From a candidate division WWE3 bacterium (lineage in GTDB: Bacteria > Patescibacteriota > WWE3 > 2-01-FULL-39-13), in assembly GCA_027002375.1 (NCBI GenBank), contig JALWZX010000035.1, positions 1 to 60,483 of the forward strand: DNA of 60,483 nt, read 5' to 3'. Below are positions 17,540 through 25,781 of the stretch, in pieces (position 1 is the first letter of the stretch; each line of letters begins with the position of its first letter). The notes under the pieces were generated by a model. The model was not told the origin of the DNA. It searched no databases and saw only the letters and a program-made list of their open reading frames with translations. The position numbers and the translations under genes are program-made.

Positions 17540-17700
17540 GTATAATGAGTTTGGGGAATTCTAACGATTTCTTTCTTAGGAACTCGGTGGTGAAATCAGT
17601 TTGGGGTTAGCAGTTTCTGTGTGAGAAACTTGCTTGTGGAATCGGTCGGTGGGGGGGGTAGCAGTTTGTCTGCACGAAATTCGTGGGTGAAATTGGTTAG
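17540..17700 (+). repeat. G-rich imperfect tandem repeats (~45-50 nt period, 3-4 units), including a G8 run at 17651-17658
   Basis: Recurrent blocks TAGCAGTTT..., GTGG(T)GAAAT.GGT and AGTTTGGGG (17549 and 17599). Conspicuously G-rich compared with its surroundings. Confidence 0.5.
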
Positions 17701-17707
17701 ATTCAAA

Positions 17708-17737
17708 TGAGGCGGGGCGTAAAAACGCCCCGCCTCA
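17708..17737 (+). terminator. Intrinsic-terminator-like hairpin after rpoD
   Basis: 12-bp GC-rich stem TGAGGCGGGGCG / CGCCCCGCCTCA with loop TAAAAA. The downstream T-tract is weak (AATTTTC). Confidence 0.6.
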
Positions 17738-17858
17738 CATCTAAATTTTCAATATAGAAATTTACAATTAAATTCGGTAAAATAACCGATGTACATTGAC
17801 AGACACAGTTAATCAACTACAATATTCGAATAGTCATTGTTTGATATTCATATACTAT

Positions 17859-17933
17859 TCCGCGGTAGCTCAATGGTGGAGCAGGAAGCTGTTAACTTCA
17901 AGGTTGCTGGTTCGAGTCCAGCCCGCGGAGCCA
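17859..17933 (+). tRNA. tRNA-Asn (anticodon GTT), CCA encoded
   Basis: Acceptor TCCGCGG/CCGCGGA, D-arm GCTC-AATGGTG-GAGC, anticodon loop CTGTTAA and T-arm GCTGG-TTCGAGT-CCAGC. Confidence 0.9.
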
Positions 17934-19409
17934 TTTATTAGTTTTTTGTGTTTCATAGATAACATCAAACGGCTTATTTAGTGTAAACACAACATTTTCT
18001 TTACTTATTTCTAAGTTCGCAAACACTAATTTCAGTAGTTCATTCTTTTTTTCTGTGTTTGCCTTGTTATATATATCATAAGCTCTTTTTGAAAGCGATA
18101 ATATTGTACTGGCGACAAAATAATAGTCTCTATTCATCTCTGATAGTTTGGTTATACGTTGTTCGATTTCTTTCAATCTATGTTGTTTTTTATCTACAAA
18201 ATTATCAAACATTTCCTTTGTAATACTATCGTTAATGAATTTTGCCATTGCTTTGTCCATTTCGTCTGTTATTTTATTCTTTTCTGTTTGCAACCTTCTA
18301 ACTTGTGTGTTGTAATAAATCGTTTTTTCCTTGTGACTTTGCTTTAACCTTTCTATTACATCATTTATCATTTCTTCTGGTAGAGAAAGGTGTTCTAAAA
18401 CATCCTTTACAGCGTTGTCTTCTATAAAATTTTCCCTTACATGTGGATGCGATTCACAAATTCCTTTATAATTTGTACAACGTCCGTACACATGCCCTTT
18501 CTGTGTATAAAAACTTATACTACAACCACACTCAGCACATCTTGCCAATCCTTTGAATATGAATGGCTTTGACATGTTTTTATAAGGATTTGTGGTTTTC
18601 TTATGTTTTATTTGTTGAACCCTATCAAACAGTTCCTTGCTAATTAGTGGGTAATAGTTATGTTTATATAGATTATTTTTAACTCGCATATAACCATAGT
18701 AGAAAGGGTTGTTTAACATATAGGCGATTTGACTTCTTGATAAAGGTTTTCCCGATTTTCTATTTCTCAGTCCTTCTGTTTTAGCAAGTTTCCTTAGTTT
18801 AGATAATGAATATCTATTTGTCGCATACTCTTTAAATAACTTAATAACTATTTCAGCATATTCGGGGTCGGGTACTATCCATTTTGTCCCATCCTCTTTT
18901 TTAGTATTTTTATATCCTATTGGGGCTTTAGTTATCCATCGCCCTGTTGAATACATATTCTCAAATGCCCTCTTAACATTATCTGATATCGCATCAGAAT
19001 AATATTTTGCTAAGTTAAGACTTATACCGTATTGAAACTTTTGTGACGCAGGAGAATCACGATTTATGACTGTGTTATCCGATACAAAATGCAACTCAAT
19101 CCTTTCTGTATCTACTAATTGGCTGAGTTTTGCTATTCTTTTGTCAAAAACATTTCTTGTTAATCGGTCAACTTTATCTAAACAAACAACAATGGTTTCA
19201 TACTGGCTAATTTCCTCTATTTTTTCGATAATTTTGTCAAAAGTTTTCCGCTTTGTTTTATAGGCACTTTCATCAATTGAATATTCAGCTACTATGTCTA
19301 AATTGTTGTGTTTACAATATGTTTTCAGTCTCTTCAATTGAGCTGGTAAAGAATTATTCGCCTCTTTTTGTTCAGGGGTTGAAACTCTTGCAATGATTAA
19401 AGCTTTCAT
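17898..19409 (-). CDS. Large serine recombinase (serine integrase)
   Basis: N-terminal resolvase motif MKALIIARVSTPEQ, a recombinase domain, a Cys-rich zinc ribbon (CAECGCSISF...GRCTNYKGIC) and a coiled-coil tail. The last 12 codons are antisense to tRNA-Asn. Confidence 0.9.
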   Translation of the reverse strand: MKALIIARVSTPEQKEANNSLPAQLKRLKTYCKHNNLDIVAEYSIDESAYKTKRKTFDKIIEKIEEISQYETIVVCLDKVDRLTRNVFDKRIAKLSQLVDTERIELHFVSDNTVINRDSPASQKFQYGISLNLAKYYSDAISDNVKRAFENMYSTGRWITKAPIGYKNTKKEDGTKWIVPDPEYAEIVIKLFKEYATNRYSLSKLRKLAKTEGLRNRKSGKPLSRSQIAYMLNNPFYYGYMRVKNNLYKHNYYPLISKELFDRVQQIKHKKTTNPYKNMSKPFIFKGLARCAECGCSISFYTQKGHVYGRCTNYKGICESHPHVRENFIEDNAVKDVLEHLSLPEEMINDVIERLKQSHKEKTIYYNTQVRRLQTEKNKITDEMDKAMAKFINDSITKEMFDNFVDKKQHRLKEIEQRITKLSEMNRDYYFVASTILSLSKRAYDIYNKANTEKKNELLKLVFANLEISKENVVFTLNKPFDVIYETQKTNKWLRGLDSNQQP

Positions 19410-19425
19410 TTTTATAAGATTTTTG

Positions 19426-19454
19426 CTTGTAATAATTAAAGGTATTATTACAAG
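19426..19454. promoter_or_regulatory. 11-bp perfect inverted repeat (CTTGTAATAAT-N7-ATTATTACAAG) between the divergent integrase and XRE genes
   Basis: Read directly. Position is typical of a repressor operator in a divergent switch region. Confidence 0.4.
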
Positions 19455-19520
19455 TTAAACTAAAGATATGTTACTTATAGTCCGTAGACTAATAGTACAC
19501 TAATCGCAATACTTTAGTAA

Positions 19521-19751
19521 ATGACTAAAGCTTATAGCGACGATAAAATTAAAAAACAATTTGGAAATCGAGTTCGTTTATTGAGAAAAAAACTTAACCT
19601 GTCTCAAGAAGAACTTGGTTTCCAAACAGGATTAGATAGAACTTATATATCAGGCATTGAAAGAGGGTTTAGAAATCCATCTTTAGTTAATATTAACAAG
19701 CTTGCTAAGGCACTAAAGGTGGATTTAAAAACCTTATTTGACTTTAACTAA
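19521..19751 (+). CDS. XRE-family helix-turn-helix transcriptional regulator
   Basis: LRKKLNLSQEELGFQTGLDRTYISGIERGFRNPSLVNINKLAKAL is a classic Cro/CI-type HTH. Confidence 0.85.
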   Translation: MTKAYSDDKIKKQFGNRVRLLRKKLNLSQEELGFQTGLDRTYISGIERGFRNPSLVNINKLAKALKVDLKTLFDFN

Positions 19752-20911
19752 CCAGACTCATCACTGCTTATTACATCTGATAACTTTATGGGTTCATAGC
19801 TATATAAACTTCGGGATATCTTATAAACGAATGGTTGATGGGTTAATTCTTGTGATTGTATTCTATTAATCTCTTTAATTGATGCATCGATGTAGGAGTC
19901 AATATGTGTTTCTGTGTAATAACTGGATAATATGTTCTTTAAGTTTCTGATTCCAAACTGATTCATATGATAGTTTAGGTAAGCTAAAGCTAATAATTTC
20001 TGTAGTCTATAAGTTTTTTTTGTAATCTCTGATGATACCGTTAATATATGAACTATATCTAGTGGTGTTTGACTGTATATGAGTGGATTGTTTTCTAAAA
20101 TATATTTGTCCCATACTAAATTAAGAATTTTCATTGAAACAGATTCATTAAAAACATCTTTGAAGTGTACTTCTGTTTGTTCATATCCTATTTTGCTAAA
20201 GAAATTAGTAATTTTCTTTCTATTTGTTAATCTTACTTCAAATCTAAGCAAATTTATTTTATTTCCTTTAAACAGGGGTAGTTGATGATATTGTAGTTGC
20301 TCTTTGTCAACAGATGCCCTCTTGTTTTTATAGTAGTCCTTTATTTTGTCGTAAAAGACAATTTGCCAGGAGCCGTTATCGAAATATAGTGCATGTCCAT
20401 CATTTTTAAATAATTTAGTTGTTTTATGCAGGTGTTTTGTTACATTGGATTTGTTAATGGTTTCTAAAATTTTGTTTGTATTACTATTAACTTGAATGTT
20501 TTTACCATAATGTACAATAATTACTTTTGATTTTACTAAAGTATCTCTATCTACATTTACACCCATTGCGAAAATCTTTTTTTGTAGGGTGTGTATTACT
20601 TCTGAAAACTGATTTTCTGACAATTCGTCGATATTGTTCCCATATAGTAGTTTAGGGCACGAGAATTCTATAGTTAAGTTAAATTCTCTTTCTTTTTTAT
20701 GTGAATTCCATCTATAAATTAATGTTAGTCTAGGAAAATATTTATCAGATTTTTTAGCATTATAGGGGAATTTTTTAAACCTATACGGTTTAAGCCCAGT
20801 CTTATAATATTTGTAATCATCATTTGTAATCCCAAAATTATTTGGATTTGTAATTTTATATTGAGTTTTAGTTAATTCTAGCTTTACAGTATCAATCATA
20901 ATTGTTGCCAT
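19748..20911 (-). CDS. Putative rolling-circle-type replication initiation protein (phage/plasmid gene II / Rep_trans-like)
   Basis: N-terminal MIDTVKLEL and LRFEVRLTNRKK resemble remembered features of phage CRI/gene II-type Rep proteins. This is motif-level only. Confidence 0.45.
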   Translation of the reverse strand: MATIMIDTVKLELTKTQYKITNPNNFGITNDDYKYYKTGLKPYRFKKFPYNAKKSDKYFPRLTLIYRWNSHKKEREFNLTIEFSCPKLLYGNNIDELSENQFSEVIHTLQKKIFAMGVNVDRDTLVKSKVIIVHYGKNIQVNSNTNKILETINKSNVTKHLHKTTKLFKNDGHALYFDNGSWQIVFYDKIKDYYKNKRASVDKEQLQYHQLPLFKGNKINLLRFEVRLTNRKKITNFFSKIGYEQTEVHFKDVFNESVSMKILNLVWDKYILENNPLIYSQTPLDIVHILTVSSEITKKTYRLQKLLALAYLNYHMNQFGIRNLKNILSSYYTETHIDSYIDASIKEINRIQSQELTHQPFVYKISRSLYSYEPIKLSDVISSDESG

Positions 20912-21011
20912 CTAACTCAATTAATAATTCAATATAAGCAATAAGGATATCGCTAACCTTAGGTTTCAAGTTCCCATTATGTTTGCCTAATTTGTACGCC
21001 TTTTTATTCAT
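20892..21011 (-). CDS. Possible 39-aa small ORF overlapping the Rep start
   Basis: ATG at 21011 reads MNKKAYKLGKHNGNLKPKVSDILIAYIELLIELDGNNYD. Its TGA overlaps the first Rep codons. No other support. Confidence 0.2.
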   Translation of the reverse strand: MNKKAYKLGKHNGNLKPKVSDILIAYIELLIELDGNNYD

Positions 21012-21105
21012 ATGTGAATTTTAACCGAAAGGATTGTGGTGGCAGTTGAGTTTCAATGGGTTTCAGTTTGTTGACAAGGATGTTTTACAAAAAGTTTGTA
21101 TTTGG

Positions 21106-22101
21106 TTATTTCTTCCAGTGCGTATATCTTCCTATTCTTCGTTGTTCTTTGATGTATCGTTTTTTATATTCCTTTTGGCATTCCTTATCGCCGCAGGTTT
21201 TGTTATTAATCCTTTTAGGTACATATGTATTTTTGCATATCGGGCATACATACCTTTTATGTAAGTTTAGTAATTTGGTTTGTATCGTGTGTTGTATTTT
21301 TAGCCCGTTCAACCTATTTAAATGAAATAAACCCCAACTAGCCAAAAAGTACATGTAATCTGCTTTAGTTAGAACTTCGTTGTTTATGCACTTTACATAC
21401 GCCCATTTAAACTTTGTATCTAAATTAGCTAGTGAGCCAAACCCCAATAAAGTATAAAATACACTTTCTAGTTCATCTTTTGTTAGATTACATTTATTCA
21501 ATAATTCTTCAGATTTGGACTTACTGAAATATAAGTTCCGTAGTGAATAGTATTCTTTTGAGAATTCCGTTTCATATGGATAATCATCATCCGAGTTACT
21601 TAAATTCAACATATCGTTTCTTTCTGCCTCTACTTTGTCGGTAAATTTTTGTATTAACATTTTTGTTTTATAATAGATTAATACGAATTTAGTATATTTA
21701 GTCAAAAATTCGCTGTAAACATTCCTTTTACTTTTTAGCACATTTATATTCTGTCCTTCTTGTACTTTTTCAATATTTTCAATGTTCATATGCATCAACT
21801 TATGTAAATTTGGATATATTTTTAATAACTGAAATACAATTGTAATTTGTGGTCTTGAGTAATAAAAAACCGAGCCACTATCGGTTTGTGCTTTCATTAT
21901 GTAATCGTTGGGAACAAATGTATCTGTCTTTACACAAGGGTTCAGTAGACCTTCCTGCCTTAGTTGATGAAGGAATTCTTGGTTTATCTTCTGATGTATT
22001 CTCTCTTGGAGGTACATGTTGCATAAATCAATAAACCGACTTTCATTTGTTAAATCGGTTGGTGTAAAAGGAAATCCATTCTTTGTATAGTATATCTTCA
22101 T
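21106..22101 (-). CDS. Hypothetical protein with C-terminal zinc-ribbon and basic tail
   Basis: CPICKNTYVPKRINNKTCGDKECQKEYKKRY. Lies upstream of, and co-oriented with, the Rep-like gene. Confidence 0.5.
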   Translation of the reverse strand: MKIYYTKNGFPFTPTDLTNESRFIDLCNMYLQERIHQKINQEFLHQLRQEGLLNPCVKTDTFVPNDYIMKAQTDSGSVFYYSRPQITIVFQLLKIYPNLHKLMHMNIENIEKVQEGQNINVLKSKRNVYSEFLTKYTKFVLIYYKTKMLIQKFTDKVEAERNDMLNLSNSDDDYPYETEFSKEYYSLRNLYFSKSKSEELLNKCNLTKDELESVFYTLLGFGSLANLDTKFKWAYVKCINNEVLTKADYMYFLASWGLFHLNRLNGLKIQHTIQTKLLNLHKRYVCPICKNTYVPKRINNKTCGDKECQKEYKKRYIKEQRRIGRYTHWKK

Positions 22102-22249
22102 TACTTCATTGGTATTCTCTTTTGTATGAAATGTTAAGGTTTATATGGGTTTTGTTTGATAGGTTTACTTATAGTCTACACTTTGTTATATTTTATGTAA
22201 ATTGTAAGCAATATTATTAGTGTAAATATCGAAAAGGAGGTGAATATCA

Positions 22250-22780
22250 ATGAACAAATTTTTAAAATGGGGTGGGATAGTATTCGCTGTTCTTTTCGTG
22301 TTTGCAGTAATTGGTGCTGCTATGAGCGATGAATCATCGACAACCAGTAGTACACAAGATAATCCAGCGAAAACATCAGAAAAGAAAGAAAACACAACTC
22401 AACCCGTGAATACTGACGACAAGAACCAACAGGAAGTAAAAAAAGAAGAACCAAAAAAAGAAGTATTAGAAGTAAATGCTAGAACATTTGTGGGAGAGTT
22501 TGATAAGAATCAATTAGCTGCTGAAGAAAAATACAAAGGAAAAATTATAAAAACATCTGCGTATATAGATAACATATCGGAAGATATTTTAGGAAATCCG
22601 TTTCTATCATTGAATCCTTCTAGTGATAAATATTATGTAGGAACCAGTATGCAATGCTATTTTGACAACAAAAGTGAATTGACAGATTTAGAAAACGGAC
22701 AAAAGGTTACTGTTATTGGTAAGGTAGATGAACAAAGCTTAGGTATTATTTCAATAAAGGATTGTAAGGTTGTTGAATAA
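22250..22780 (+). CDS. Membrane-anchored OB-fold (tRNA_anti-like family) protein
   Basis: Strong SD AAGGAGGTG and N-terminal TM GIVFAVLFVFAVIGAA. The C-terminal pattern ARTFVGEFDKNQLAAEEKYKGKIIKTSAYI...VTVIGKV is typical of tRNA_anti-like OB proteins. Confidence 0.6.
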   Translation: MNKFLKWGGIVFAVLFVFAVIGAAMSDESSTTSSTQDNPAKTSEKKENTTQPVNTDDKNQQEVKKEEPKKEVLEVNARTFVGEFDKNQLAAEEKYKGKIIKTSAYIDNISEDILGNPFLSLNPSSDKYYVGTSMQCYFDNKSELTDLENGQKVTVIGKVDEQSLGIISIKDCKVVE

Positions 22781-22785
22781 TTTAT

Positions 22786-22820
22786 TCTGGCGGGTGAGAA
22801 ATTTGTTCTTACCTGCCAGA
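22786..22820 (+). terminator. Intrinsic-terminator-like hairpin after the OB-fold gene
   Basis: 13-bp stem TCTGGCGGGTGAG / CTTACCTGCCAGA. It has two G-U pairs that form only in plus-strand RNA; loop is AAATTTGTT. Confidence 0.5.
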
Positions 22821-22895
22821 TATAAATCATTTATTACTAAGATAGCGATTGTTTGTGTTTACACATAATGTATAGTACCCTATATTTTAAGTTGT

Positions 22896-24041
22896 ATGAA
22901 CGAACGCCACATTATAAATAGAATCCGACAGATTGTTGAAAGCTTTTTGAATGAAAATAGGGCTATTGAGGACCTAACCTTTAGTACTCTGCTTGAATAT
23001 TTTCATCTTGAGGAATCGAATATTTCAGATGAAGTTTTACGAAATTTAATATCTGATATCATCTTAATTGAAACACAAACGAATGCAGATAGTAGCGTAG
23101 TGGCAAAAAAGATACTTAATGTATTGAAAAACATGCCAACAGAATATGAATTTGTGTTTAGGTTACCTCAGAACAATAAATTACACAAGGTAGTTAGCAT
23201 ATGCGATAAAATCGCTTTACATAAGGTAGATAGGAGAAATGCAAAAGTTTATACAGCACCATTTAGTACATACGAGCATTATCTAAAGAAGATGATATTT
23301 GGATATAGTCTGATTAGCGTTGGGGATTGTGTATTAACCGTTAAGTGCAATGGGTATGTAGATAAAATGGGTTATTCGCACCTAATAGATATTATCAATC
23401 CAGAATTTGTTCGTGATGTGATAGTAGGGATATATATTGCATTAGGTGTTCTTAAACCTAGAAACACATTGCCAGCCATATTGAGTTCTAATAACATATA
23501 TAGTATTTATGACAATAATGGTGAATTAGTACGCTACAATAACGAAACAGATGAATATGATGCGATTCTTAATAAATATGAATTTGCTGATGTAGATAAC
23601 AATATTTTTGAGCTCGGAAATAATGTAGTAACCAATTTGTTTTGTGCAACACAACATGAAGATAATAAATCCAATCGGATGATAAAAAATGGTGTGTTCT
23701 GGTTTGTCCGTAGCATAGGAAATAAAGATAATCATCTTAAAGCAGTCTTTACTGTAGCTGCATTTGAGTATTTAACTGGATTGCCAAGGAATACTAAGAA
23801 AGAGGAATTTAGAGATGTAGTATCTAAAGCTATAGGCGATGAAGTTTGTGGTATTAATGTTAGTGATACTCTTAAAAGCCTCTACTTATTTAGAAATGAC
23901 ATTGTCCATGGGGATGAAGACATTATTGCCTCGAACTATTATAATGTTTCTGGTAGTATAGATAAATCTGTACTTGTATACAACAGCATTCGCCTTTTGG
24001 AACGATTTATTGCTAGTCAAATCTTTGATTCTTACCGTTAG
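22896..24041 (+). CDS. Hypothetical protein with C-terminal HEPN-like Rx4H motif (ApeA/Abi-like)
   Basis: LYLFRNDIVHG (R333-H338, nt 23892-23909) matches the RNxxxH HEPN RNase motif and lies in a helical C-terminal region. Confidence 0.5.
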   Translation: MNERHIINRIRQIVESFLNENRAIEDLTFSTLLEYFHLEESNISDEVLRNLISDIILIETQTNADSSVVAKKILNVLKNMPTEYEFVFRLPQNNKLHKVVSICDKIALHKVDRRNAKVYTAPFSTYEHYLKKMIFGYSLISVGDCVLTVKCNGYVDKMGYSHLIDIINPEFVRDVIVGIYIALGVLKPRNTLPAILSSNNIYSIYDNNGELVRYNNETDEYDAILNKYEFADVDNNIFELGNNVVTNLFCATQHEDNKSNRMIKNGVFWFVRSIGNKDNHLKAVFTVAAFEYLTGLPRNTKKEEFRDVVSKAIGDEVCGINVSDTLKSLYLFRNDIVHGDEDIIASNYYNVSGSIDKSVLVYNSIRLLERFIASQIFDSYR

Positions 24042-24156
24042 ATTCAAAAGGTTATGGTGGATTAATAATAAGTTGTCTATTAACTTTCCAGTAGGTTAAA
24101 GATTTGTTACTCATTGCCATACAAATTAATAAGTTATATAGTCTAATTAATATATT

Positions 24157-24579
24157 ATGGGAAAAAAGAAGCAATCAAAAGATTGGTACATAGCGGTAAC
24201 ACACTTGTTAACGAGTGGCTTTCTTATATTCATACTTAATTTGGTTGTAATATTTTTAGCTATTTTCCTATTTCGTATAAATTTGAAAAATAATACTACA
24301 GTTTTTGTAATTATTACATCAGTTATTTGGATTTTAAGCATTTGGCCTGCGGTTATGTATTCTGCTAGATATATAAACAAAGCGTATATTGTGCAAGATA
24401 GTGAAAATATAGCAAAATTATCAACGATGTATTTCGGAATTTTAGGGGGCGTCTTCAGGTTAATAGTTTTGTTTACAGAAACAGCTCTTCTTATATCGAT
24501 TATGAAGTTAGCTTTTTTTGCGATTGGTGTTAGTGTATTTTACACATTAAGTAAGATGTATATTAAAAATGTTACGTAA
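24157..24579 (+). CDS. Small 4-TM membrane protein (possible distant paralog of 25782..26198)
   Basis: 140 aa with four hydrophobic helices. The central loop SARYINKAYIVQDSENIAK resembles SATRFFFKLYTVENPERMK in the other protein. Confidence 0.55.
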   Translation: MGKKKQSKDWYIAVTHLLTSGFLIFILNLVVIFLAIFLFRINLKNNTTVFVIITSVIWILSIWPAVMYSARYINKAYIVQDSENIAKLSTMYFGILGGVFRLIVLFTETALLISIMKLAFFAIGVSVFYTLSKMYIKNVT

Positions 24580-24925
24580 GATTAATTGTGGTAATAAATT
24601 TCTAAAAATTATGAAACAAGAGTCATTGATTATATTCTAAAGTACAGTAACGCAAATTCAAGATGGTACAAGTAATGTTTTCCAGGTGGATATATTGTTA
24701 CATTTATGAAACTGTTTTTCATAAATCAAGAGTAAGTGATAGTTTATATAGATATGTTAGGAACGGTTGCTCTGGTTGGTTTTGGCTACCATAAGCAATT
24801 CTTTTATAAGTTTTTATTGATTAGATAGTTGTATAATTTTGAATCTAGATGTGACGATAGCTATTTCGGTTATACTTGAATATTTGTTTTTCGGGTATCG
24901 TATATGATAATATTTATGAAAACTT

Positions 24926-25732
24926 ATGAAAATTATTCAATTTGACGAATCGGATAAGGAATTTTCACGCGCACTTGCCAAGGAGAGATTAATACTACCA
25001 TTTTTTGCATTCCCTAGTTACAGAGATTTTTCATATTTCATGTGGGATTATGCAATTACATTATTTATTGGTGGAATACTAGACAGAGACCAAGCGGATA
25101 AAATATTCTTGGTAGGACCATCTGAGGCATATCGAGAAAGAAAACCCCCTTGGAAAAGATATAAATGGGATACAAACAAAAAGATAGAGACCATACAGAA
25201 GGCGAAAGTATTATCTTTATATATCATAGAAAATTTACTAAGATTAGATGCTTTTGAGTTGCCGTATCATTGCAGGAAAGCCTTAGGTTTCGGGTTTATT
25301 GAGAATACCAAACTAGAACTACATAAGATTACAATTGAGTGGGTGCTAGTTTATTTAACAGAGACGATATTAGTATTAAACAGAAAATCAGAAATCAAAT
25401 TGCCCTACGCTACTATGTTTTTAAACTATGTTGTTAACGAATTGTTAGAATACGTTGAATACAGCGCAGAGGAAAATTCTGAGAAAGTTAGTGAGGTATT
25501 TGTAAACGCAACTCGCAAGTACTTAGATTGTGCAGATGAGGTAAATAGTTGCAATATTTACTCTAAAATATCCGACGAGATTGCTAATGCGCTTAACACA
25601 GAAGAGTATGTCATCAAAGACTGTGTGAAGAATTACTTTTTGAACGATTTGTTTCTAAAAATGGATATTGAGGGGATAGCAAAATTTACAAAGCGTGGGT
25701 TGTTAATTAGCTTTCTGAAAAGTGGTTTCTAA
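24926..25732 (+). CDS. Hypothetical soluble helical protein
   Basis: 268-aa ORF with no recognised motif. Flanked by the two small 4-TM genes. Confidence 0.5.
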   Translation: MKIIQFDESDKEFSRALAKERLILPFFAFPSYRDFSYFMWDYAITLFIGGILDRDQADKIFLVGPSEAYRERKPPWKRYKWDTNKKIETIQKAKVLSLYIIENLLRLDAFELPYHCRKALGFGFIENTKLELHKITIEWVLVYLTETILVLNRKSEIKLPYATMFLNYVVNELLEYVEYSAEENSEKVSEVFVNATRKYLDCADEVNSCNIYSKISDEIANALNTEEYVIKDCVKNYFLNDLFLKMDIEGIAKFTKRGLLISFLKSGF

Positions 25733-25781
25733 CTTCTGGTGTAGTATTGTGTTTATTCTTTATTGATGATATATATAATAT

